Below, piece after piece: positions 45,984 through 54,732 of a stretch of DNA of 61,258 nt. The notes under the pieces are model-generated. The model made no database searches. It saw nothing but the letters and a program-made list of their open reading frames with translations, and was not told where the DNA came from. The position numbers and the translations under genes were made by a program. Position 1 is the first letter of the stretch. Every line of letters begins with the position of its first letter. This DNA is from Nanobdellota archaeon (GTDB lineage: Archaea > Nanobdellota > Nanobdellia > Woesearchaeales > GW2011-AR9): positions 1 to 61,258 of the forward strand of contig JBFMFP010000001.1 in the NCBI GenBank assembly GCA_040751885.1. The letters run 5' to 3'.

Positions 45984-48980
45984 ATGAACGAAGAACAAAG
46001 CGAACAGCGGATTGGACCTCCAGCCGAATTAAAAAAAATTAATGATACTACCTGGGAGCTACCTGCTTCTTATAAGAAAGGCATGCGTGTTCCTGCGCGG
46101 ATTATTGCTACTGAAGAGCTAATTAAAGCTATGGATAATGGCGTGTTTAACCAGATCAGCAACGTAGCAACTCTTCCAGGCATTCAAAAGTATGCTTTCT
46201 GCATGCCCGACGGGCACTGGGGCTATGGGTTCCCAATAGGTGGAGTGGCGGCATTTGACCCGGAGGAGCAGGGGATAATCTCTCCGGGAGGAATAGGTTT
46301 TGACATAAATTGTTTAGTTAAAGGCTCAAAGATTTTAACGGATTTCGGTTATTTAAAACCCGTTGAAGATTTTGAAACGGAGTTTGTAGATGTTGATATC
46401 CCCTATTCTTTTTACTCTTTGAAATTACAAAAGTGTATGCAATCCCTTCTTTCTTTTGATACCAATAAAAAATCCTTCTCTTCTAAAAGCATAGGTTATT
46501 TTATGAAAAAAAAACAGGCTGGTTCAATTCTCCAAATTAAAAGCAATTTAGGATACGTTATTGAAGTCACTGAAGACCACCCTATCTTAACTAAAGAAGG
46601 AATGGTGGAAGCAGGGAGGTTATCTAAAAGCCAGGAAATTGCAATTTATCCTTACGAAGGAGTTTCCTACGAATGTTTAGATGAAGTTATGTTAGTTGAT
46701 GACCAAACCCTTTTTACAAAACAGGAAAAAGAGGAATTAGTGAAAAGGAATCTTTTTCCGTTGAGTATTAAAAATGAAAAACTACCCATATTAACAAAGC
46801 TGTTTGGTTACCTGCTCGGTGATGGTCAAATATATTTCTCCGGGAAGAAAGGGTTTGTTTGTGCTTATGGGGCAGAGGAGGATTTAAAAGAGATACAAAA
46901 AGACATAAATAAGTTGGGTTTTTCAGCAAATATTTATGGGCGTGAAAGAGAACATTCAATTCCAACAAAATATGGACTAGTCAGATTTTCTAACAAGAAC
47001 TTTGAATTGCATACTTCCTCAAAATCCTTGGTTAAGTTATTTTTTGCTTTAGGCTACCCAAATGGCGTAAAAACAAATGTTCCTTTTGTTGTTCCCGAGT
47101 GGATAATGAATTCACCATTATGGATTAAGCGGCTTTTTTTATCAGGATTGTTTGGGGCTGAGTTATCAAAGCCGAGAACCCATACTAAAACCGGGTTTGA
47201 CTGTCCAACCTTTTCCCAGAATAAGAACACCCTCCTCTTGGAAAATGCTAGGTATTATTGCATTCAAATCATGAAATTGCTTGAAGAATTTGGTGTTAAC
47301 ACCCATAAACTTCTTGTAAGAGATGATTATTCGAATCGCTACAGAAAAACTAGCCGGTTAAAGCTACAAATCTCTTCAGAAGAAGAAAATTTGTTAAAAT
47401 TGTGGAGTAAAATAGGGTTTAGTTACAATCAAAAAAGGGAATTATTATCGCATATTGGTATAATTTACATCAAAGAAAAAAAGATTCTAACACAAAAACG
47501 TAAAGAAGTTGCTCAGAAAATTGAAGAATACAGAAAGAAAGGATTGAAATTAACCGAAATTCAAAAGTTATTGCTGTCGCCAATTACTAATGAAAGGTTT
47601 ATTACAAGGCATTTTTATGAGCAAGCTGATTATAGGATTCATTTAGATTTTCTTTCATTTAATTCTTTTGTAAAGTTAAAAAAGGAGCAATACGATGAAT
47701 ACGGTTGTTTTTTTGATGCCGTAGAAGCAGTCACTAAGAAAGAATATGATGATTATGTTTATGATTTTAATATTCCAGAAACTCATAATTTCATTGCGGG
47801 AAATGTAATTGTTTCCAATTGCGGCATGCGCTTAATTACCACCAATTTAACGGTCAATGAAGTTAAGCCAAAGATAAAAGAACTGGTTGATGCTCTTTAT
47901 CAGCAGGTTCCCGCCGGGGTGGGCTGCAAGGGTTTTGTAAAACTGAGCAGGCAGGAGTTTAGGGAAGTGATGAAAGAAGGGGCGCAATGGTGCTTTAACT
48001 ACGGCTATGCTACGCAATCGGATATAGAGCATATAGAAAGCCGGGGCAAAATTCCCGGAGCTGACCCTTCCAAAGTTTCTGACAAGGCAGTTAAAAGAGG
48101 GTTTGACCAGCTGGGCACTTTGGGAAGCGGGAACCATTACTTAGAAATTCAGGAAGTCAAAAAAGAAAATATCTTCAATAGGGAATGGGCAAAAGTAATG
48201 GGCATAACTAAGTCCGGGCAGATAGTCATTATGGTCCATTGCGGCTCCCGGGGCTTTGGGCATCAGATAGGAACAGACTATTTACGGACATTTTTAGACG
48301 TGATGCCCAAGTATGGTATTGAGATTCTTGATAAAGAGCTTGCCTGTGCGCCATTTAATTCTGCAGAAGGGCAAGCGTATTATGCGGCCATGGCCTGTGC
48401 AGCAAACATGGCTTTTGCCAACAGGCAGGTGATACATCAGAGGATAAAAGAAGTGTTCAGCAAAGTATTTGCAAAGACAGCTGAAGAGATGGAAATAAAC
48501 CTTGTTTACGACGTAGCCCACAACATCGCCAAGCTGGAAAAGCACATTATTAACGGCAGGGAAAAAGAATTATTAGTGCACAGAAAAGGGGCCACCCGTG
48601 CCTTTGGTCCGAAAAGGGCAGCTGAGCTTCCTAAGAAATATGCTCAGATTGGGCAGCCGGTGATTTTAGGCGGAAGCATGGAAACTGGCTCGTATCTTTT
48701 GCTGGGAACAGATGGAGCTGATGACACTTTTGCCTCTACTGCCCATGGCGCAGGAAGGACGATGAGCCGGGCAGCAGCAAAGAGGACAGTAAGAGGGGAG
48801 CAGCTACAGAAAGAGATGGAAAAACAGGGGATATATGTGCATAGTGTAACCATGTCTGGATTAGCAGAAGAAGCCGGAAAAGCGTATAAAGATATTGAAG
48901 CGGTAGTGGATTCGTTGGAAATTGCAGGGATTACCAAAAGAGTTGTCGCTTTGAAGCCGATAGGGAATGTGAAAGGGTAA
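45984..48980 (+). CDS. rtcB: RtcB tRNA-splicing ligase interrupted by an intein
   Basis: The PGGIGFDIN / CGMRLITTN halves of the RtcB metal-binding motif are separated by 503 aa. The C-terminal RtcB blocks (GSRGFGHQ, HRKGATRA, STAHGAGR) are intact. Confidence 0.95.
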   Translation: MNEEQSEQRIGPPAELKKINDTTWELPASYKKGMRVPARIIATEELIKAMDNGVFNQISNVATLPGIQKYAFCMPDGHWGYGFPIGGVAAFDPEEQGIISPGGIGFDINCLVKGSKILTDFGYLKPVEDFETEFVDVDIPYSFYSLKLQKCMQSLLSFDTNKKSFSSKSIGYFMKKKQAGSILQIKSNLGYVIEVTEDHPILTKEGMVEAGRLSKSQEIAIYPYEGVSYECLDEVMLVDDQTLFTKQEKEELVKRNLFPLSIKNEKLPILTKLFGYLLGDGQIYFSGKKGFVCAYGAEEDLKEIQKDINKLGFSANIYGREREHSIPTKYGLVRFSNKNFELHTSSKSLVKLFFALGYPNGVKTNVPFVVPEWIMNSPLWIKRLFLSGLFGAELSKPRTHTKTGFDCPTFSQNKNTLLLENARYYCIQIMKLLEEFGVNTHKLLVRDDYSNRYRKTSRLKLQISSEEENLLKLWSKIGFSYNQKRELLSHIGIIYIKEKKILTQKRKEVAQKIEEYRKKGLKLTEIQKLLLSPITNERFITRHFYEQADYRIHLDFLSFNSFVKLKKEQYDEYGCFFDAVEAVTKKEYDDYVYDFNIPETHNFIAGNVIVSNCGMRLITTNLTVNEVKPKIKELVDALYQQVPAGVGCKGFVKLSRQEFREVMKEGAQWCFNYGYATQSDIEHIESRGKIPGADPSKVSDKAVKRGFDQLGTLGSGNHYLEIQEVKKENIFNREWAKVMGITKSGQIVIMVHCGSRGFGHQIGTDYLRTFLDVMPKYGIEILDKELACAPFNSAEGQAYYAAMACAANMAFANRQVIHQRIKEVFSKVFAKTAEEMEINLVYDVAHNIAKLEKHIINGREKELLVHRKGATRAFGPKRAAELPKKYAQIGQPVILGGSMETGSYLLLGTDGADDTFASTAHGAGRTMSRAAAKRTVRGEQLQKEMEKQGIYVHSVTMSGLAEEAGKAYKDIEAVVDSLEIAGITKRVVALKPIGNVKG
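46311..47819 (+). mobile_element. Intein with a LAGLIDADG homing-endonuclease domain (503 aa)
   Basis: Starts with Cys (CLVKGSKIL) and ends ...HNFIAGNVIVSN, followed by the extein +1 Cys. Two LAGLIDADG-like motifs (LFGYLLGDGQ, FLSGLFGAE). Confidence 0.9.
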
Positions 48981-49043
48981 ACCCGTTGATGAAAGGATAA
49001 ATTCTTTGAAAAAAAAACGATTCAGAAAAGAGGCCTTTAAATA

Positions 49044-49871
49044 ATGTTCAAAAAATTTTTTAACTGTTCTTTGCCCTGCTCCTGCCAGTTTTTGTTTTTT
49101 TTGCTGATTTTTTTGTTAATGGTTGTTTTATTGGTTTCTTCTTGCACAGGTGCTGAAAAAAGTTATGGTTTAAAAAATGAAACTATTGGGGCTATTTCTG
49201 AAAAAGATGGTTCTGTTCAAGGAAACGAAACCGCTGAAGGAATTGTCAAAGGTGAGGAAACAAAAGAAAATGAACAAGCCTCTTTATGTGTTGCCGGATG
49301 GAAATGCATCAGTTCCAGTGCGCGTGCATACCAGTCGGGGAATTGCAGCTGGAGCAAGAAAGAAGAGTGTTCTTTGAGATGTAAAGAAGGAAATTGCACC
49401 TGTTCCCCCGGCTTTGCCTGCAAAAACGGCAGCATTCGCGGTTACCAAACTGAAGAATGCGCATGGCTCCATGAGCAGTATTGCTCTTTTGGATGCGTGG
49501 AAAGTGCGTGCTTGTCATTCCCACAGAAAAAGCAGACTAACGAGCCTGCCGGAGAAGGTACAGAAAGTATATCCACAGCTCCTACAAATGTAACTCCCGC
49601 CGTTCTGGCAACGGAAGTCGTAGAGGGAGTTAATTATCTGCTGGCAATGGGAGAAAAGAAAAAGATTTCTTTCAAAGGAAAAGAGCATGAAATCTGGCTC
49701 TACAACATTGAAGAGGGCCGCGTGAAGATAAATCTTGACCAGTGGGAAAGTGACTGGCTCAGTGACAAGGGAAATTATACATTTGGCGGGGAAGTGCAGC
49801 TCTTTATTGACGAAATTTTATTCCAGCCGTATCAAGGCGGGAAGAAAAGTGTGAGTTATAATTTGAGGTAA
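49044..49871 (+). CDS. Secreted Cys-rich lipoprotein-like hypothetical protein
   Basis: Signal plus lipobox LVSSC, and repeated C...W...C modules. Confidence 0.6.
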   Translation: MFKKFFNCSLPCSCQFLFFLLIFLLMVVLLVSSCTGAEKSYGLKNETIGAISEKDGSVQGNETAEGIVKGEETKENEQASLCVAGWKCISSSARAYQSGNCSWSKKEECSLRCKEGNCTCSPGFACKNGSIRGYQTEECAWLHEQYCSFGCVESACLSFPQKKQTNEPAGEGTESISTAPTNVTPAVLATEVVEGVNYLLAMGEKKKISFKGKEHEIWLYNIEEGRVKINLDQWESDWLSDKGNYTFGGEVQLFIDEILFQPYQGGKKSVSYNLR

Positions 49872-49910
49872 TTGAAAAAAATTAATTGAAAAAAAGTTAA
49901 TTGAAAAAAT
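49869..49910. repeat. Three tandem copies of the stop-codon context TAAttgaaaaaa
   Basis: taattgaaaaaaat / taattgaaaaaaagt / taattgaaaaaat. The first TAA is the real stop. Confidence 0.85.
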
Positions 49911-49919
49911 CCATCAACC

Positions 49920-50092
49920 GGCACAGGATATTTCGTGAGTGATTGCTGGAGTCAGACCAACCGAAAACTCGCTGTTCTTTAAAATGTATATTAACTGTAT
50001 TTTTGGAGCGTTTTCGGACCTTAATCTTCAGTATATTGTCCCCTTTGTCGGACATTCTTGGCCTTGCCATCACTCACTTTTTGGACTGTGCC
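49920..50092 (+). ncRNA. Candidate structured RNA or inserted element in the 5' region of the M50 protease gene
   Basis: ggcacag (49920) pairs with ctgtgcc (50086). gtgagtgat (49935) pairs with atcactcac (50069). Inner stem ccgaaaac/gttttcgg. The 3' 27-mer recurs at 34425-34451. Confidence 0.25.
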
Positions 50093-50137
50093 CATCAACC
50101 GCACCTTTTAAATACCAGTAATTGTTTTCCTGAGGTG

Positions 50138-51331
50138 ATGGATGGCTCTACGAAATTATTTAAAATATTTGGGATAGACGTTCAGCTGCATTTTTCCTGG
50201 TGGCTGATTTTTGTGTTATTGGCTTGGAGCCTGTCCAGCGCATTCTTTCCCCAGAGCTTTCCCGGGCTGAGTGTTAAGATGTACTGGCTGATGGGAATCG
50301 TTGCTTCACTGCTGCTGTTTGTTTCTGTCCTCCTTCATGAATTAAGCCATTCTTTGGTTGCCAAGGCCAGAAAGATAAAAGTAGAAAGTATAACTCTTTT
50401 TTTCTTTGGCGGAGTTGCCGGAATAGATGATGAAGATATGAAAGCAGGCTCAGAGTTTCTTATGGCTATTGCCGGCCCGTTATTTTCCTTGTTTTTGGCG
50501 TTAGTGTTTTTCCTGATTTACAAGTTTAATGGCAACGTTTTCTGGGCGGCTATAACGATGTACCTTTACCAGCTGAATTTTATCCTCGCTATTTTTAATT
50601 TAATTCCGGGATTCCCGTTGGATGGGGGAAGAGCGTTTAGGGCAATTTTGCATGCTTATTACCATGACTTAAAGAAAGCGACGAAGATTGCTGCCAGCAG
50701 CGGGCGCATTTTTGCCATTTTTTTAATCGTCTTGGGAATTTTTGGATTGCTCAGTGGCGCTGCCCAGGGATTATGGTTAATTTTCCTGGGCGGATTTCTT
50801 TATTTCATCGCCGGGTTAAGTTATGAGCAGGTTGTTTTGAAAGATGCTCTCAGCAGGATTAAAGTTAAGGAATTGCTGAAAGCAAAATATCCTGAAGTTA
50901 GTTCAGAGACGTATTTTTCTGATTTGCTGAAAGAATTTGCCAACAGGGGAGAAGATATGTTTGTGGTGGAAGGGTTGAAAAGGAAGGGTTCTGCAATGAA
51001 AGGCAAGAGCTTTATCGGTATGCTCGATTTGAAAGCGTTAGATAAAATGCCTCCGCAGCTGCAGAAGACGGTTAAATTGAAGCAGCTGGCTACGCCTGCA
51101 GATAAAGTAGCTTCTGTCAATAAAGAAGACACCGCTTATGCTGCTTTCAAAAGCATTACAAAACAAAAAAGCGATTTCGTTGCCGTTATGGACAAAAAGA
51201 AATTCTTAGGTTTTGTAACAAAGAAAGTGCTTATGAACAGCCTGATTTGGTCATTGAAGTATGGGGCTGATAAAGAGAACGACGTTGTGGTTAAGAACAG
51301 AAAAAAATTGGGAACAAAAAAAAACGGTTAA
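50138..51331 (+). CDS. Site-2 protease family (M50) metalloprotease with CBS domains
   Basis: HELSHSLVA (HExxH) and NLIPGFPLDGGR. The start at MDGSTKLF follows GAGGTG. The upstream 65 codons of the ORF-track call are non-coding-like. Confidence 0.85.
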   Translation: MDGSTKLFKIFGIDVQLHFSWWLIFVLLAWSLSSAFFPQSFPGLSVKMYWLMGIVASLLLFVSVLLHELSHSLVAKARKIKVESITLFFFGGVAGIDDEDMKAGSEFLMAIAGPLFSLFLALVFFLIYKFNGNVFWAAITMYLYQLNFILAIFNLIPGFPLDGGRAFRAILHAYYHDLKKATKIAASSGRIFAIFLIVLGIFGLLSGAAQGLWLIFLGGFLYFIAGLSYEQVVLKDALSRIKVKELLKAKYPEVSSETYFSDLLKEFANRGEDMFVVEGLKRKGSAMKGKSFIGMLDLKALDKMPPQLQKTVKLKQLATPADKVASVNKEDTAYAAFKSITKQKSDFVAVMDKKKFLGFVTKKVLMNSLIWSLKYGADKENDVVVKNRKKLGTKKNG

Positions 51332-51372
51332 ACAGCAAAAGGATTAAAAAGAGGTCTTTTTCTCAGAATTGG

Positions 51373-52329
51373 ATGGATGAAGAAAGAGAATTAACCGAAC
51401 AGGAAGTAGAGCAGAAAATAATCTCTTTTTTAAAAAAACTTACTAATCACAAACATATAGATATCACCTCAAGAGGGAACACGGCTATCAAAGCTGCTTT
51501 TTCTTTAGTCCCGATTATTTCGGAAGGAAAAGAAAGTAAAAAAATTAAAGAAATTCTCGTCCCTGAAGAGGGCGGCTGGCTGACGTATAAAGATTTGCCG
51601 CAGAGAATGGGGATTTCTTTTGCAGAAGTGAAGTGTGATGACGCAAAAATAAGCTTGCAGGATTTGCAGCAGAAATTGCAGACTAAAAAGTATGCTCTTT
51701 TTCTTTATCAGAACCCGGGCGGGTATTTTGCCCAGCAGCCGATGAAAGAGATTTATGCTCTTTGCAGGCGATTTGCATGCCTTGTCGTTGTTGACGTTTC
51801 CGGCTCAATAGGGACAAAGCTGTGTGACGGCAATTATGCAGATCTTTTCGTCGGCAGTTTTGGAAAATGGAAATTGGTGGAAGCGCATGCCGGCGGATTT
51901 ATTTCCTGTAGAGACGAGCAGTTGTTTGACCTGATGATTACTCAGGGAAAAATTGAAAAATTAAATGATGAATTAAATGATGAATTAAATGATGAATTAA
52001 ATGATGAATTAAATGATAGGAGCAAGTTAAAAATTATTCTGGAGAAATTAAATGGTCTTGGGGAGAGAATACAATTTTTGCTGGAAAAAAGAAAAAAAAT
52101 AATTGCAGATTTGCTGGGGTTGAATATTGTCCCCCCTATTGTCTCTCAGGAAGCTCTCGTCCATAAGAATTCTTTAGGTTTTGTTGTCGTGATAAAATTT
52201 GTTACTGGGCAAGAAAAGGAAAAGATTATAAATTACTGCAAGGAGAACAACCTCGAATGGACGGAATGCCCGCGCTATATCCGCCTGAATAAAAAAGCAA
52301 TTTCAATTGAAGTGAAGAGGCTTAACTGA
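51373..52329 (+). CDS. Putative fold-type-I PLP-dependent enzyme-like protein with an LNDE repeat insert
   Basis: SRGNTAIKAAF, DVSGSIG and SFGKWK (possible Schiff-base Lys) resemble DegT/class-V-like enzymes. Weak assignment. Confidence 0.5.
   Translation: MDEERELTEQEVEQKIISFLKKLTNHKHIDITSRGNTAIKAAFSLVPIISEGKESKKIKEILVPEEGGWLTYKDLPQRMGISFAEVKCDDAKISLQDLQQKLQTKKYALFLYQNPGGYFAQQPMKEIYALCRRFACLVVVDVSGSIGTKLCDGNYADLFVGSFGKWKLVEAHAGGFISCRDEQLFDLMITQGKIEKLNDELNDELNDELNDELNDRSKLKIILEKLNGLGERIQFLLEKRKKIIADLLGLNIVPPIVSQEALVHKNSLGFVVVIKFVTGQEKEKIINYCKENNLEWTECPRYIRLNKKAISIEVKRLN
51961..52017 (+). repeat. Perfect in-frame 12-nt tandem repeat ttaaatgatgaa x4.75 (LNDE)n
   Basis: Read directly, with no mismatches. 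Confidence 0.95.
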
Positions 52330-52360
52330 ATTGGCTTAATTGAATTGGCTTAATTGAATT
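52319..52360. repeat. Three tandem 14-nt copies of the stop-codon context
   Basis: ggcttaacTGAatt / ggcttaattgaatt / ggcttaattgaatt. Confidence 0.85.
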
Positions 52361-52375
52361 AAGTAAATTGTAAAA

Positions 52376-52810
52376 ATGTCTCTAAAAGAACCGCAATCTA
52401 TGGACGAATGCTTATATTTTACAAACAGATCTATAGGCAACGGGCAGGTCATGGCCTGGGTTTACAGGAAGCTATGTCCTAAGTGCAAAAAGGCAGAAAT
52501 GGGCAAGCCGGTGGAAAAAGGAAAAGTTAAAATGCGTGCGGATGAATATGTCTGCCCTTCCTGCGGGTTTACAGAAAATAAAAAAGAGCATGAGGAATCA
52601 TTGATTTTGGAAGCAAAATATACCTGCCCTAGGTGTGGTAAGGAAGGAGAATATTCAGGGGAATACAAAAGGAAAAATTACCAAGGAGTTCCCAGTTATA
52701 TTATTATCTGCGAGCATTGTCAGGAAAAGATGCCCCTGACCAAAAAGTTAAAAGACGTGAAGGACATGAAGAAAAAGGGCGGTGAAGAGCTGCTTGACGA
52801 AGAACTTTAA
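52376..52810 (+). CDS. Zinc-ribbon protein with four CxxC pairs
   Basis: CPKC, CPSC, CPRC and CEHC. Confidence 0.6.
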   Translation: MSLKEPQSMDECLYFTNRSIGNGQVMAWVYRKLCPKCKKAEMGKPVEKGKVKMRADEYVCPSCGFTENKKEHEESLILEAKYTCPRCGKEGEYSGEYKRKNYQGVPSYIIICEHCQEKMPLTKKLKDVKDMKKKGGEELLDEEL

Positions 52811-52897
52811 GAGAATTAGTATATTTACTTTAAGAGAAGTAGTGTATTTTATAGACAAATCGCTATAGGTAATTTGTTCTAATTGTTATTTTAGTCG

Positions 52898-54205
52898 TTA
52901 TTTTATCTTTATTTCAATTTTTAACACTTCTTTAATCTTCTCTGCTAATTGCTCTTTGGTTTTTTCCAGATTTATTTTTTCAAGATGGTTCTCCGTTGCA
53001 GAAATTTCTTCTTTGATTGTTTCAATTTTATTTTCAGATCCAAGAATTTCTTTTTTTGTTTCTTCAATATCGTCTGCGGTTTTATTTTCGTGGATATTTT
53101 TAGAGATTACCTCTTTCTCTTTCATTATATTTTTTCCGTCTGCAGCCAGATTCTGTAAATAACCGCTTTCACTTAATTCGGTTAACTCCAGGAATTTTTT
53201 CTTCTGCTTATCATCAAACTGCAGGCTTCTAAGGTTTTTCTTTATGCTGTTTAATGTTGAAATTATTTTGAGCTCCGAATCCCTCCAAAATGCCTCGGTG
53301 CTGTTGCTTAAATACTCTTTAACCAGTTTGCTCTCTCCGCTCTCCAAAGCTATTTTCTCATACTTCTTGAGGGCTTTGTCCAGTTTGGAAAAAAATGAAA
53401 AGGTCTTGTATTCAATATCTTTGAATTGCTGCTCCAGCCGGGATAATTTTTCTTTAAGTTTCAGATATTCTTGGTATTCGCTGCTTTCAGTTAATTTTTT
53501 GAGCTTTTCTTCGTTTTTTCTTTTTTTGTTTTCTTCTGCTGCCAATTCCTCCTTTTTAAGTTTTAGCTCTTCTTCCAATCTCTCTTTTTTTCCCAGTTCT
53601 CCATTTAGCAGGTTAATCATGCCATCTATGTTTTTCAATTCGGCAATTTTGTTTTCAGCCGCATACTCATTAAATCTTTTGACTTCTCTATTCAGCTCTC
53701 TAAGGAGCTTAAACAATTCTTCCACCGGCTCAAAGAACAAATGCTGCGCGGCCTGATAGCTTTTGGCAGTCCTTTTTGCCAGCAGGTCAAGCTCTCCGTT
53801 TAACTTTTCATTGAATAAAAGTGCTTCTTCGTAATCGCTTATTGTGGAGAATCTTATTGTGGGGAATTTTTCTTTTGGTAGAATTTTGGATGCAAGATTT
53901 TGCGCAAAGCGCTCAATTTCTGCAGCATAATGATCCTTATGCCCTATAACTATATTCTTTATTCTCTCCTGGACGTTGCGGTGCTCTTTGGACATTTCTG
54001 CTTCTTTCAGCTGTGATGCTTTTTCTTCCATTTGGAAGTTTAATTCTTCAATCTGCCGGAAGTATTCAAGGATAAAGCTGCTAGAATTTAAGCGGGTCGC
54101 CTGTTCGTTTAGCCATTGTTTCATGTCTTTTGGGAGGAGTTCAACTAAAGCGGGCTTTTGCTCAGCGAATAATTTAGCAGACAGTTTTTTTAAAAAATTA
54201 ATCAT
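52898..54205 (-). CDS. Long coiled-coil protein (hypothetical)
   Basis: 435 aa, K/E/L-rich with heptad-like composition throughout. Confidence 0.6.
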   Translation of the reverse strand: MINFLKKLSAKLFAEQKPALVELLPKDMKQWLNEQATRLNSSSFILEYFRQIEELNFQMEEKASQLKEAEMSKEHRNVQERIKNIVIGHKDHYAAEIERFAQNLASKILPKEKFPTIRFSTISDYEEALLFNEKLNGELDLLAKRTAKSYQAAQHLFFEPVEELFKLLRELNREVKRFNEYAAENKIAELKNIDGMINLLNGELGKKERLEEELKLKKEELAAEENKKRKNEEKLKKLTESSEYQEYLKLKEKLSRLEQQFKDIEYKTFSFFSKLDKALKKYEKIALESGESKLVKEYLSNSTEAFWRDSELKIISTLNSIKKNLRSLQFDDKQKKKFLELTELSESGYLQNLAADGKNIMKEKEVISKNIHENKTADDIEETKKEILGSENKIETIKEEISATENHLEKINLEKTKEQLAEKIKEVLKIEIKIK

Positions 54206-54305
54206 AAGCTGTTTTTGGGAGGATTTTATTTAAAAGTTTCTGGAGAAAACAACGGAAACATTTATAGCAGAAATGTTTATATAACTTTAGTCCTATCTGG
54301 TCTGT

Positions 54306-54731
54306 ATGAACCTGAAAAATAGGGAGAAAGATTTAGACTTAAGAAAAGTTAAAGAAAAACTACTTAAGCTGGATAAACAGCTAAATAAGCATCAAAAAAT
54401 AAAGTTTATCTTCTTGTACGGCAGCAAAGCTGAATTAAGAGATACTCCACTTTCTGATATTGATATAGCGGTGTATTATGAAGGAAATGAGGAAGAGCGT
54501 TTTCAATTCCGTATGAAAGCTTTGGGTGAACTTCCGAATAAAGCAGACCTGCAAATTTTTCAGGATTTGCCTTTGATTGTTAAAAAAGAAATCATAGGCG
54601 GCAAAGTACTTTATTACCTCAATTACCGGTTTTTGTTTGAACAATGCATGAAGGAAATAAAAGAATTTAACACTTTTGAAAAATATTATAATGAATATCT
54701 TAATGAATTAAAAAAAGAAATTGAAGCGTGA
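54306..54731 (+). CDS. Minimal nucleotidyltransferase (MNT) domain protein with no adjacent HEPN partner
   Basis: FLYGSKAELRDTPLSDIDIAVYY. Confidence 0.7.
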   Translation: MNLKNREKDLDLRKVKEKLLKLDKQLNKHQKIKFIFLYGSKAELRDTPLSDIDIAVYYEGNEEERFQFRMKALGELPNKADLQIFQDLPLIVKKEIIGGKVLYYLNYRFLFEQCMKEIKEFNTFEKYYNEYLNELKKEIEA

Positions 54732-54732
54732 A

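Noticed and set aside
49943-50137. N-terminal 65 codons of the 462-aa ORF-track call for the M50 protease
   Set aside because: This stretch contains the repeated 27-mer and stem-forming sequence. The M50 fold begins at MDGSTKLF (50138), which has a GAGGTG upstream.
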